A stretch of 64,000 bases of DNA from assembly GCF_020745735.1 (NCBI RefSeq), contig NC_083424.1, positions 2,466,999-2,530,998 of the forward strand, written 5' to 3'. The notes beneath the pieces were generated by a model, which saw only the letters and a program-made list of their open reading frames with translations, was not told where the DNA came from and made no database searches. A program made the position numbers and the translations under genes. Position 1 is the stretch's first letter, and every line of letters starts with the position of its first letter. Below are positions 1 through 11,814 of the stretch, piece after piece. The stretch is from Hemiscyllium ocellatum. Taxonomy: Eukaryota.

Positions 1-310
1 ACAAGCCAAACAGAGACATGCACGAGAATTCTTCAAAGCATGGCATTCCAACCAGAACTCTACCAGCAAACACATTGACTTGGATCCCATTTATTACCCT
101 CAAGAGAAAGAACAGGAAATGACATCACCATAGGAAATCATGTCACCACAGGAAATGACATCACCAACCCAAGGAAACCCAAACATGTAATAGAAAACAG
201 GCTACACCACAAGTGCTTCATTTGGAGGCTCACTGAAAATGTTACCTAGTGTGGTAACGAAACGTCTGAAAATGAACCTTCCAGCTCAGCAAGCAAACCT
301 ATACACAGAA
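1..310 (+). mobile_element. Penelope-like element 3' end (GIY-YIG C-terminus plus tail with decayed hammerhead motif)
   Basis: Frame reads QAKQRHAREFFKAWHSNQNSTSKHIDLDPIY, typical of the Penelope GIY-YIG C-terminus. 233-266 is ctgaaaa-t-gttacc-tagtgt-ggtaac-gaaa-cgtc, a decayed CUGANGA/stem II/GAAA/GUC core. Confidence 0.7.
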
Positions 311-721
311 TAGGAGTTTCATCTCTTAACAGAAACTGCATTTGCCACAAAACATTTTGCCTATCTCACTGTTTCTAACCCCCATACCCACTGAGATATT
401 GATCTTTGCCTCCTTTGAATTCTGACCTTTTGCTCATTCTAACTTTAAACATTGGCAGGTGTGACTTCCAATGCCCAGGACCCCGAGCACAGTCATTACC
501 TCCGTCAACCTCATCATCTTTCATTCCTACTGAGCAACTAACTCTTTGACCAAGCTATTGGTCACCTCTTCTGTGGAATCAGGACAAATTTTACCTGGCA
601 ATGTTCCGTGAAGTCCCTTTGAACATGTTTGAAATTTTACAACATGGAATTCACCCCAGACCTCAGAGTCACTGCCAGCAGCCCACACCAAGGGTGAACC
701 AGCTGAAGTGGGGTGTAGCTC

Positions 722-1026
722 GGGCTGGTGGGTGGCAGTGGTTAGCACTGCTACCTCACAGCGCCAGAGACCCGGGTTCAATTCCCGACTCAGGCGACTG
801 TGTGTGGAGTTTGCACGTTCTCCCCGTGTCTGCGTGGGTTTCCTCCGGGTGCTCCGGTTTCCTCCCACAGTCCAAAGATGTGCGGGTCAGGTGAACTGAC
901 CATGCTAAATTGCCCGTAGTGTTAGGTAAGGGGTAATGTAGGGGTATGGGTGGGTTGCGCTTCGGCGGGTCGGTGTGGACTTGTTGGGCCGAAGGGCCTG
1001 TTTCCACACTGTAAGTAATCTGTAAG
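722..1026 (+). mobile_element. HE1-type V-SINE
   Basis: tRNA-like head (gtggttagcactgc...gggttcaattccc), V-domain ggagtttgcacgttctccccgtgtctgcgtgggtttcctccgggtgctccggtttcctcccacagtccaaagatgtg, LINE-like tail. Confidence 0.9.
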
Positions 1027-1440
1027 TCTGAGCAACCGCTTTGTGTATTTGGTGAGGGTTGTGTGTGGAAACCCAAAGCTGACACTTTGGGGGAAGGGGC
1101 TCAGGATTCTCCCTGATCCTGTACAGTAGCAATCCCTCAACCAACACCTCAATCAGATTCTGAAATAATAGAGAACCGTGGGGCTGGAAACAAACAAAAA
1201 TAAATTCAGAAAGTGCTGGAGCTGCAGTGGGACAGGGTCACACTGGGATCTCCCTGGGAGTAAACTGGGTCAGGTCTATCCCACAAACTGTGAGTGAGTA
1301 ATAGTTAGTCTCGATGGTGTAGACGGGGGCGCATTCGGCCCATCGCTCCCGTGCTAGCCCCCGCCGGGACATTCCCCCTTTTCACAATTTTTCTGGTCGT
1401 GAATGATGTTAATCGTAATATTATTTATTTTATTTCTTAC

Positions 1441-1593
1441 AGATTCCAGTTGTGGCTCCGTCGAGCGGACGTGGAGCCTGAAATCTTCCAGGAAGATGTT
1501 GTCGGTGTAAAAACAGCGGCAGGAAAAGAAGGCCCCCCGTGGGGAGGGCCCGGGCCCGGGCCCGGGCCCGGGCCTCCCGCCCGCACCCTCCAT
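1441..1593 (-). CDS. OGFOD2: OGFOD2 (2-oxoglutarate/Fe-dependent oxygenase domain 2), first coding exon; rest of gene lies left of the window
   Basis: ATG at 1593; MEGAGG...FFSCRCFYTDNIFLEDFRLHVR resembles the recalled OGFOD2 N-terminus (FCRCACFCTDNLYVARYGLHVR). Phase-0 donor GTAAGA at 1440. Lies in a CpG island. Confidence 0.8.
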
Positions 1594-1774
1594 CCACCCG
1601 CCCGCCCGCCCGAGCTCCAATCACACCCCGGGGACGGCCCGACAACCAGATAAACAACACGGAGGTGCAGCACCAAACGGGTTCCGGCGGGAGTCCGCAC
1701 AAAGGTTCCGGGGGGGGGGGGGGGGAAAGAGGGCAGGCGGTGTCCGTCCGTCCGTCCCCCGGCCTCCCGCCGCC

Positions 1775-1943
1775 ATGTCGGATGGAAAGCGCAGCGTGTG
1801 TACCCAGACGGAGGCTCCGCCGGGGGGCAGGGAGCGGTACGGAGACGTTTATAAATACCTGTCCCGGGGGGCCTACTCCCGGGCCCTGGGCCCCCTGCAG
1901 CGGAGGAGCGTCCGGAGACTCGCCGCTAACTTCAGGCTGGAAG
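1775..1943 (+). CDS. GIN2: Candidate alternative first coding exon (1a) of the GIN2-like gene
   Basis: Kozak gccgccATG. Encodes ...RYGDVYKYLSRGAYSRALGPLQRRSVRRLAANFRLEG, which aligns without gaps to exon 1b. Phase-1 donor GAAG|GTGAGG is compatible with the acceptor at 16139. Confidence 0.65.
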
Positions 1944-2432
1944 GTGAGGAGGGGGCTCGGGGTGAGGCCGGGACTCAGACCCCCCTCCCCCCCCCTTCGC
2001 TCTCCTCAGGTTCATTCATCCTGAAAGGCCAGCACACTGCCATTCGGCCCTTCCTGTGTTTACTTGCTCTGTGGAAGGCTGCCCAAGTAGCCCCCTCTCT
2101 TCCCCCTTCAAGCACCTTCCATGAAGCTCAGAGGGTTGGGGTCAGTTGCTGGACGCTGGTTTGTGACAGAAACAGAAATTGTTGGAGAAACTCGGTAAGT
2201 CTGGCAGCATCTGTGGGGAGAGAGAAAGCTGAATCAATGTTCTGAGTCCAGTGGTTCATCATAGATCTAGCTACTCAGTGTGGGTTCAGTTCTACACTGG
2301 CTGAGGTTACCATGAGGACTCCGCTCACCTGTGGCATACTGACCCTCAGCTTAAACCACCAGCAGCCGTCTCACTCTCTCTCTCTCTCTCCCCCTGCTCA
2401 GAGAGCAGCCCTCTGGTCCATTAGGACTATGG

Positions 2433-2615
2433 AGAATGTGAGGACTGCAGGTGCTGGAGATCTGAGCTGAAAATGCGCAGCAGGCCAGGCAGCATCCAAG
2501 GAGCAGGAGAGTCGATGTTTTGGGCATGAAGAAGGGCTCATGCCCAAAACGTCGACTCTCCTGCTTCTTGGATGCTGCCTGACCAGCTTCGCTTTTCCAG
2601 GAACACATTTTCAGC
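2433..2615. mobile_element. Palindromic Penelope-tail insertion with hammerhead motif
   Basis: Inverted arms (cagcatccaaggagcaggagagtcg / cgactctcctgcttcttggatgctg); 16-bp TSD tccattaggactatgg at 2417-2432 and 2616-2631. Confidence 0.8.
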
Positions 2616-2631
2616 TCCATTAGGACTATGG

Positions 2632-3170
2632 CAGTGTTACAAGGCACAAGTCAGAAGTGTGATGGCATACTCTCCACTTGCCTGGATGGAGGCAGCTCCA
2701 ACAACACAAGAAGTTTGACACCATTGAGGATAAAGCAGCCCCCGCTTGATGAGCACCACATCCACAAACATCCAGTTAACTCCACCATCTTTAATATTCC
2801 CTCCCTCCATCACTAATATACAGTGGCAGCAGTGTGTACCAGCTACAGGATACACTACTTGCTAAAGCTCCTCCAACAGCACCTTCAAACCCACAACCAT
2901 TACGCTCCTGAAGGACAATGGCAACACGTACATGAGAAAACTATCCCCTGCCAGTTTCCCTCCAATTGACTCACCATCCTGATATGGAAAAATATGGACA
3001 GCGTAGCTGGATCAAAATCCTGAAACTCCCTTTCTAACAGGTCTGAGTATACCTACACCCCCAAGGGGTACAGAGGCTGAAGAAGGCAGCTCACCACCAC
3101 CTTATGAAGGGCAACTAGGGATGGGTCAAAACATTGGCCCAGCCAGTAACACTCAATATGAATATATTTT
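2632..3170 (+). mobile_element. L2/CR1-group LINE 3' fragment
   Basis: YKAQVRSVMAYSPLAWMEAAPTT-like RT tail; similar copies near 22330-22790, 33260-33660 and 61230-61500. Confidence 0.6.
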
Positions 3171-3649
3171 GTTGCTAAAAAGTCTTGGCTTTAAACATCA
3201 GAAAGATAGCAATGGTTTGGCCAAATGTGTGGAAAAGTGGCAAATGGAGTTCAAGACAGGTTTGGGAAGTGCTGAAGGAGGATCATTGGACCTGAAATAT
3301 TAACTCCGCATTGTCTCCACAGATGCTGCCAGACCAGCTGAGTTTATCCAGCAATTTCTGATTTTGTTGCAGAGGCTGGGGAGGTCAAACTGTTGGGTTC
3401 TTTTTCCTTGAGATTCTTACACACTTAATGCAACTGCAATACTCCACTTTCTGTGAAACCAAAATTTATTAAGCAAGTACAAGCTTTTGGAGGAACCTTG
3501 AACACTCTTCGCGGGGCTTGTGGAGCCGTGTCAAGAGATCTCTCTGAACAAGGGAACAGTCCTCCTTTATATAGGATTTTACAGCACAGTCCGATGCTAC
3601 CAAAGACACAATGTCGTGATTTGATTATTTCCAGAAACAATGTGATTAA

Positions 3650-3805
3650 ATCATTCTTTAACTGCAGGATCTGATTTACATTGTTTCTTAACTGTAAGGT
3701 GTCATTAGATTCTTAACTGCAGGAGATGGTTATTTAATGTTTTTCTTAACTGCAGGAGATGGTTATTTAAATTGATTCTGAATTGCAGGAGATGGTTATG
3801 TAAGT
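3650..3805. repeat. Degenerate tandem repeat (ttcttaactgcaggagatggttat, about 5 units)
   Basis: Core (a)actgcagga recurs at roughly 26-35 bp spacing. Confidence 0.7.
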
Positions 3806-3929
3806 TTTTACATTCTGTCTGCAAGACAGAGAAACACGCCCTGGACATCCAGTTTCTTCCAGACTCTCAGAACAAATTAACCCTTTAACATCTCAAAAGA
3901 AAACTGCACATTATGCAATTAAGTTAGAA

Positions 3930-4288
3930 GCTAGGGAGTACATGTTCACAGGTGGCAGGGCAGCTGAGTAAACTGGTATTGATGGAATATGGGATGTTTT
4001 CCTTCAAAAAGCAAGTTATCGAATACAAAAGCAGGGATGTAATGGTGGAATTGTATAAACAAATCATTATACCACACCTGGAGTTTTGTGCACTGCCTGA
4101 ATTACAGGAGAATTGTGATTGCTGTAGGAGGTGTACAGAGAAATTTACAAGAATGTCACAAGGACTTGAAAATGGTATCCATGAGAACAGATTGGATATT
4201 TAATGGGTTGTTTTCCTGAGAACAGAGTCTGAGAGGTGACTTAATTGAGGGGTACAAAATAATGAGGGGCTTGGTTAGAGTGGGCAGA
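3930..4288 (+). mobile_element. CR1/HER1-type LINE fragment (left part, split by the LTR element; resumes at 12618-12940)
   Basis: IEYKSRDVMVELYK...PHLEFC RT C-terminus. Joining 4288 to 12618 restores the usual ...agagtgg.cagggaaga...tttcccc.ggtggagagg CR1 tail. Confidence 0.75.
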
Positions 4289-5171
4289 TGTGATTAATAT
4301 ATATTTTAATATGGTTTATTATGGATTTTTGAGTGTTGGACTAGTGGTATATGTGTCTTCTGTGTGCCTGAAGATGGTTTTATGATTAAATTCTAAGTAT
4401 TTCTGTAACCATGATGATTTCTTTATTTTAAAATATCTGTGAGACATAGTTCCAAGAGAATAATAGGAATTGGTTTAATTTGAGAAAGAATACAAGAGAA
4501 CAAATTAAACAGCATAGTGCATTAGGTCTCAAATAGAAGGTTCTGGAAATTTTTTGGGGACTTGGGGAAACATAACATGGAGTAAAAAGCATTTTGGTTT
4601 AAATTTGAGGCAGTTCGCAGAAGTCTTGGCTGAAGCTGAATATGTTACTCTTGAGAAAGGGAGATTGTTGAGAACTGCTCAGGAAGACGTTATCGCCATT
4701 TAAGGAGTTTAGTTTAAAAGTTCGAGACCAGAACTGTTTGTTTAAAACCTTAGATGAGTCATTTCAAACTGAGAATGTCTAAACTCAATTGTAAGAAGAC
4801 TGCAGGATGAGGCTCAAGAGACAGGGCATTGAAGCCCCTGTTAAATAAAACCGTAAAGATATGAAATAGAAATAAATTCTCTCTGGTGTGAGTACTGTAA
4901 AGAAAGGTTTTAGGGATGAATGTGGATTATACCTCACTGTTCCAAAATCGCTAAAATTGTGATATATGTAAGTAGTGTGTTCTTTTTTTAATCTTCATTT
5001 CTTTTGTGTAATAAACTTCTGTTTTATTGTTTAAACCTGAATCTGCAGCATTTCGTGTTTGTGTTCCAGAGAAAGATCATGTGATTAAAACCAAAATAGA
5101 ATGTGATCTACCAGGCCAGGTTTCAGACTGGAATTTGATTCACTCAGTAATAACATCAGCTGGGTCATAAC
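4289..5171 (+). repeat. 5' LTR of Gmr1-like element
   Basis: Starts TGTGAT; shares blocks (ttggctgaagctgaatat, tctctggtgtgagta, cttttgtgtaataaacttctgttttattg) with 11815-12617. Confidence 0.8.
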
Positions 5172-5913
5172 TGTTGGGAACTCTTGGTTGGATTTTTGAA
5201 TTTGCTGGAATTCAGATAGGTCTATATCTTTCTTTTTAAAAGTAATGAGTGGATGGCAGTTCTGGACATAAAGCTGCTATATTGTGGTCAAGTTCCAAGG
5301 TATGGAATTTGAATGTGGCTTTGAACATTGCTCAGTTCTCGAAGTGGAAGATATAAAAAGAATTATTTAAAACCTTTGACTAAAGCTAAGCTGAGAATTG
5401 GTGATACATTGAAGGTAGAAATAAAAGCAGGATATTTTTCAAATGAAGTGTTTTCAGTGATTATCCAACATTTATAACTGGAAGAAAGGAGACCTGAAAT
5501 CAAGATGTCATGACTGGAATTAGCTAAAATATAGTTAGAAATGAAAGTACCAACACAGCGTAAGAGACACAGAGTTAAGAAAACTTAAAATGGAAAGGAA
5601 GGAAAAATGGAGGATAATGGAAATTAATGAAAAACAAAGCAGAGAGAAGTGAAAAGGAATATAGCATTTTTTTAAATTTTAACTGCAAAGAGAACTTTAT
5701 ACAACATGAACTTGCTAAAGTAAAGCTTAGAATAAGGAAGGATGAAGGAGGTAGTAGTTCAGAGGTTATTGTGATTCCAGTGAGGAATTTGATATAATCA
5801 AGAATCTATTATTTGTACCTAAATTTATGGAGGACAGTGTCAAAATGTATTTACCTCAGGTAGCAGGACTGGTGAAGTAGCCAGAAGAGGTTTGAGCTTT
5901 AATGTTAAAATAT

Positions 5914-6845
5914 TGTTGCACCTCACTGGAGTAGACCACTGGAAATCAAGCCCCAATATTCCTGTCTTCATCACAGAAGTTAAAGATTTTATCTAACCCC
6001 ACAAAAATCCTTCAATTACTTGTAAAAGATACCCAGCTTAACAGAAAGTACGGACAAAGTGACTGTGTACTTAACAAGAATTACTATTTATTACATATAT
6101 TCAGATTCTAAAGACGGAAACGACAGTGAAATGTCAACTGATAACTCTACTAGTAAAAACCTAAACTCCATTCTGAAACCCCCTTCACACAGACACACAC
6201 AAAAAAGTGGAAGGTATAAAAAACTGAGGAAGCAGTTCAATGGCACAAGTCCTCAGGATTGGATGGAGGAGTTCCTTCAATTTCTCAAATCCTTCAGTTA
6301 TTTTACTTATTTGCAGGAGACACAGAACAATTGATTCACAAATTATAAAGTCTCAGTAAGTTTACAGCAATTGGTAGGACAAAATAAACAGGCTTTATTC
6401 AGGCTTTAGGTGTTTATTGGAGAGAGAGGCATGTCATCTGCTCCGGCAGCAATCCAAAAGCTTCTGCCATTATCATTCACATCCACAAGCTGTTCAACTG
6501 TGTGGGAGCCAATCAGATAGTTGTCAAGCTGGCCTTTATCCATAACTGATCACAATTCCACAAACCAATCAGCAACCTGTTACCAGCCAAAACTCACTGT
6601 CTACACAGACCTCCAGAGTTGAACCATCTATCCATATCTTGCCCTGCTGCTTGAATAAAACAGCAGTGTAAACATCACCAACAATGAGTTTCAGTTACAT
6701 GCTTTACAAAAGCACAGCAACTCCTTTCTTGGTCCTTTCTGTAACATAGTCCTTTTCCCAAAACAGTCCCCAGTGAAAAATAAAGAAAAGTAAAGGGTTA
6801 CAGTCTCTGCAGGGTTTTGACAAGTACAACTCTTACCATGTAACA
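5914..6845 (-). mobile_element. Solo-LTR-like insertion interrupting the Gmr1 gag
   Basis: Bounded by tgttgca...tgtaaca; gag-like reading stops before it and resumes after it; no clean TSD. Confidence 0.5.
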
Positions 6846-8025
6846 GTTGTAAACCCAATCTGCAGAGTTTATTAAAGGGGCAATACTCAATGCTTATGAA
6901 CTTGAGTCTGACATTTATCAGCTAAAATTTAGGACGACAAGAAGTCAATCAGTGATGCTAGCTGGTGGTGCTATTTGTTTTCTAGAGGGGATTGAAGAAA
7001 AAGAAAAATTTAATGAAAGGTATAGATGGAAATTAAGAAAAAACATTATACAGAGTTGATTATAGAGTGACTTGCTGAATGGAAAAGTTGTATTAGGAGT
7101 AGTAAAGTGAATTCCTAAAAAAAGGAATTTCTTTTATTTTGAGGAATGAACTGGCAGGTTCAAGAATATTGGCTTCACCAAGAGCAGCAGAACAACCAAA
7201 GAATGTTACAAGAGGAACGTCCTGATTACTACTAATTCTGTTGTGCCTAGATCTCGGGCCTGTAGAATTAGACAGGAACTAAAGGAGTCTGAAACAGGGA
7301 GTTGGTTTTGAAATTCAGTTATTTGATACAGTTTTTGAAAATTTAATATAACAGAATAAAGGTAAAATGAATGAGGCTGCCATGTTTAGCTAATCTTCTT
7401 TAATAGAAATACAACAAACAGATTTGGAATTGACAGTTATATGAAACGGCTGACTCAGAAAATGAATCACAAACAATACCTGAGTGTCATGACTTGAAAA
7501 ACAAAGTATTAGTGAGAAAACAGCAACTACCTCAAATACCAGTCAAGAGGAATGGGCAATGGTCCATTGTAATGGACCAATGGTGGTTCGTAAAAAATAT
7601 TTTACAATTGTTTCACATATTCCAATTTGGATGTTGAGAAAACACATACTAAAATATTAAAACATTTTATTGGCCAGGATGACATAAAGGTGTAATCAAA
7701 TTTAGCCAGCCATACCAAGTAGTAGGGAAACTTCAATTTTCAATTAAACCTGCACCTTTAGTTCTAATACTAACTTCTGAAAAACAGTTTGGCAGGGTCT
7801 TAATACATTGTGTACAGCCCTGCCTAAATCCAGGGTTTTCTAATAATTATGGCTGTTTCTGAAAGATTTCTGGGTGCAGAAAATTACTATATACGGTAGT
7901 GTAAAAGTTAGTTCAAAGATTTGCAAGCTATGGTATGTCCAAAGAATGTTATCTGATCAAGGAATACGTCATAAATACTCAAACAACTAATGACTAAGTG
8001 GGAATAAAACAACATATATCTTCTG

Positions 8026-9705
8026 AAAAATGTATTGCTGGAAAAGTGCAGCAGGTCAGGCAGCATCCAAGAAGCAGGTGAATCGACATTTCGGGCATAA
8101 GCCCTTCTTCAGGAATGAGGAAGGTGTGCCAAGCAGGCTAAGATAAAAGGTAGGGGGGAGGGGCGTTGGGAATGCGATAGGTGGAAGGAGGTTAAGGTGA
8201 GGGTGACAGGCCGGAGAGGAGGTGGGGCGGAGAGGTCGGGAAGAAGATTGCAGGTCAAGAAGGCGGTGCTGAGTCTGAGGGTTGGGACTGAGATAAGGAG
8301 GGGGGAGGGAAAATAAGGAAGCTGAAGAAATCTGCATTCATCCCTTGTGGTTGGAGGGTTCCTAGGCAGAAGATGAGGCACTCTTCCTCCAGGCGTCGCG
8401 TTGCCATGGTCTGGCGATGGAGCAGGCCAAGGACTTGCATGTCCTTGGTGGAGTGGGAGGGAGAGTTAAAGTGTTCAGCCACGGGGGGGGGGGGAAGAGG
8501 TTGGATTGGTTGTTGCGGTGTCCCAGAGGTGTTCTCTGAAACATTCTGCAAGTAGGTGGCCTGTCTCCCCAATGTACAGGAGGCCACATCGGGTGCAGCG
8601 GATGCAGTAAATGATGTGTGTGGAGGTGCAGGTGAATTTGTGGCGGATATGGAAGGATCCCTTGGGGCCTTGGAGCGAAGTGAGGGGAGAGGTGTGGGCG
8701 CAAGTTTTGCATTTCTTGCGGTTGCAGGGGAAGGTGCCGGGAGTGGAGGTTGGGTTGGTGGGGGGTGTGGACCTGACGAGGGAGTCACGGAGGGAGTGGT
8801 CTTTCCGGAACGCTGATAGGGGAGGGGAGGGGAGGGAAGGGAAATATATCCTTGGTGGTGGGGTCTGTTTGGAGGTGGCTGAAATGACAAAGGATGATAC
8901 GATATATCTGGAGGTTGGTGGGGTGGTAGGTGAGGACCAGTGGGGTTCTGTCCTGGTGGCAATTGGAAGGGCGGGGCTCCAGGGCGGAGGATTAGGAAAT
9001 GGAGGAGATGTGGTGTAGAGCATCGTCAACCACATGTGAGGGGAAATTGCGCTCTTTGAAGAAGGAGGCTATCTGGGCTGTACGGTATTGGAACTGGTCC
9101 TCCTGGGAGCAGATGCGGCGGAGGCGAAGGAATTGGGAATATGGGATGGCGTTTTTACAGGGGGCAGGGTGGGAGGAGGTGTAGTCTAGGTAGCTGTGGG
9201 AGTTGGTTGGTTTATAGTAAATGTCTGTGTTGAGTCGGTCGCCGAGATAGAAATGGAGAGGAATAGGAAGGGGAGGGAGGAGTCTGAGACGGTCCAGGTA
9301 AATTTGAGGTCGGGATGGAAGGTGTTAGTGAAGTGGATGAACTGTTCAACCTCCTCGTGGGAGCACGAGGTAACGGTGATACAGTCATCAATGTAGCGGA
9401 GGAAAAGGTGGGGGGTGGTGCCAGTGTAGCTGCGGAAGATGGATTGTTCCACATATCCTACGAATAGGCAGACATAGCTGGGGCCCATGCGGGTGCCCAT
9501 GGCAACTCCTTTGGTTTGGAGGAATTGGGGGGATTGGAAAGAGAAGTTGTTCAGAGTGAGGACCAGTTCAGTCAGTCGAAGGAGGATGTCAGTGGAAGGG
9601 TACTGGTTGGGTCGGTAGGAAAGGAAGAAGCGGAGGGCTTTGAGGCCTTCATGATGGAGGGTGGAGGTATATAGAGACTGGATATCCATGGAGAAGATAA
9701 GGCGA
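8026..9705 (-). mobile_element. Penelope-like retroelement (5'-truncated RT plus GIY-YIG endonuclease) inserted in the Gmr1 integrase
   Basis: RT MDIQSLYT...GVAMGTRMGPSY...RYIDD; GIY-YIG HIIYCIRCTRCGLLYIGETG; hammerhead core at 8085-8112; imperfect 15-bp TSD aacat(at/tc)atcttctg at 8011-8025 and 9707-9721. Confidence 0.9.
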
Positions 9706-11814
9706 TAACATTCATCTTCTGTTTACCACCCACCATATTAAGATGCTCTGGAACAATAGCATCAAACTTTGAAGACCATGATTAGAGTTTATTGGCAAGA
9801 ATCTCATAATGAATGGGATAAAGGAATTCCAACATTGCTATTTATCTTTAGGGGCACTCGGATGAAAACAATGGATTTAGTTCTTTTGAAGTAATACATG
9901 GACGCGGAAGATGACCGCTTAAATTTATTAAAGAGATGAACCTCTGTGACTACGCTTCCAACCCTGTTTCAGAGAGAATCTGACTAGAATATGAGGGTTG
10001 GCTAGACAACATTTCAAGGGTGCTAATCACAACAAAAGCTATACCAGATGAACAGGTCAAGGTTAAAAATTTTGTCACAGGAGGCAAAGTGTTAGTCTTG
10101 GGGAACAAATAAGGCATGTTCAACTGGACCTTATCAAATCAAAAAGAAACACAATAATGTGAATTATATAATTCATGATTCAGAAAGTGTGCCATGTTGA
10201 TTTCATGAAAATAAATTGTGACAGAAGGATAGTGAGGAGAAAAGTGTATTTTATTTGGTGAAAGAAATAGAGTGAAATAGAAATATCAGAATAATGAGAT
10301 AACGAATCAGAAAATTAAAAGTCAAAATTTGATCCTCTGATAATCAGATTAGAAACATGCTTAAAGGATCAAATCTGATGCTATTGAGGTGACTCTCGAA
10401 GGCTATTACAGCATAAATATGCACGGAAAGATCATTTGTCTGCTCCTGATAATGTGAGAGATGCACTACCTATAAAACTACACTGTTCGATATACTCAGA
10501 TTAGCTCAAGTGATGGAAAAGATTAAGTATGTGATGGACAATGATATAAGTGATTGAAGTCATAGCTCAACCTCACCTACTGAATGATGCCAAACTGAAT
10601 GGATCACAAAGATTTTGTATTGATTATCACAAAGTCAATATTGTAACAAAAAACAGTCTTCTATCCTCTTCTGAGACTGGAAGACTGCATTGAATGAATT
10701 GGACATTCACAATTTGTCACAAAAATGATACTTGCAAATTTGGTTGACTAATTGAGCTCAAGAAATATCAGCTTTCGTAACACCAGATGGACTTTATCAA
10801 TGTAAAATCATGCCATTGGGAATGGAATATGTACCAATATTGTTTCAATAATTAACCAACAAACTAATTAAAGGACTGTGTAATGGTTATTTTTAGCCAA
10901 ACTTTAGGACAACATTTATACCACCTGACTGAATCGATTAATTGGCTATAAAAAGTTAATTTGGTTGTAAAACTGGTGAAAAGTGAATTTGCCAAGGCAA
11001 AAGGGACTTATTTGGGCCACATTGTAGTCCAATACCAAGTAGCCTCTAGAGAAGTGAGAGAATGGGCTATTTTGGATTTCCTGTGCTGAGGATGAAACAC
11101 GGCATGAGTGCATTTTATAGTAGGTTTATTGTGAACTTCAGGACCAGAATTACACCTTTAATAGATATTTGTTCAAAAAAAGGCAGAGAGTTGATTAGAC
11201 ATGAGTGTCAAAGTGCTTTTGAAAACTTGAAAGATGTGATAACATGCCCGTTTTAGCCATGCCGAATTATAAGGCCATTCAAACCATTAATGCCAGTGAC
11301 CTTGGTGTAGGGGCTGTTTGATGGCAAGATGGACATCAACCAGCCAGTCAGCTATGCAGCGGTAAAGGAGGAAAATGAATCTTGTGATAGCTCTCCATCA
11401 TTTTGAGATTTACATGAACAATGTTGAAGAAACTATTAAGTTATATGGACCACAATCCTTTGATCATCTTAGGAACATTTCAGCACAAAAACTGACAACT
11501 ATTTCAGTTCAATGAATTGGACACTCACAATCTGTCACAGATCAATTTGTGTAATTTTCCAACCGTGTAATTTGAAACTTATTCACGTGCCTGGAAAAGA
11601 CGATGTTATAGGGGATCGTTTATTGAAAAGACGTGAAGGGCACAGAGTGATGTAGGGCCCATGAATTAGTATGAAATAAGGTCGCTGTGTAACTCACTAT
11701 GTTTAATGTCAACATGTTACTTTTGCTGATGTGACATAGAAATAATGTTAAGACAATTCTTGAGTAATGAGAATACCTGTTAAAGACTCATTTTAATTCT
11801 TCTTTGGAGAAAGG

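Larger units (their letters stand above)
1440..1990. promoter_or_regulatory. CpG island, bidirectional promoter (OGFOD2 / GIN2 exon 1a)
   Basis: Very GC/CpG-rich; divergent ATGs at 1593 (-) and 1775 (+); ETS-like gttccgg motifs near 1681 and 1705. Confidence 0.8.

Noticed and set aside
595-703. Candidate OGFOD2 exon 2 on the minus strand (AG...GTAAAA)
   Set aside because: In-frame stop in the required phase and no similarity to the expected peptide.
527-1152. Overlapping 60-113 aa ORFs
   Set aside because: Chance translations of the HE1 SINE; the same peptides recur at 28565-28983 and 45044-45471.
1775-2245. 156-aa ORF as a single-exon gene, or with a 66-bp in-frame intron to the AG at 2009
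   Set aside because: Homology to exon 1b stops exactly at the strong donor at 1944; the remainder is low-complexity and runs into repeat sequence.
3650-3805. CRISPR-like repeat array
   Set aside because: Degenerate units without unique spacers, no cas genes, vertebrate context.
5172-5195. Primer-binding site of the Gmr1-like element (tgggaactcttggttggat)
   Set aside because: Too degenerate to assign a tRNA.
8255-9018. 235-aa proline-rich and plus-strand ORFs
   Set aside because: Alternative frames of the Penelope element.
7560-10200. Integrase remnants as a second GIN paralogue fed by exon 1a
   Set aside because: Intronless, full of stops, between LTRs and followed by RT; it is retrotransposon pol.
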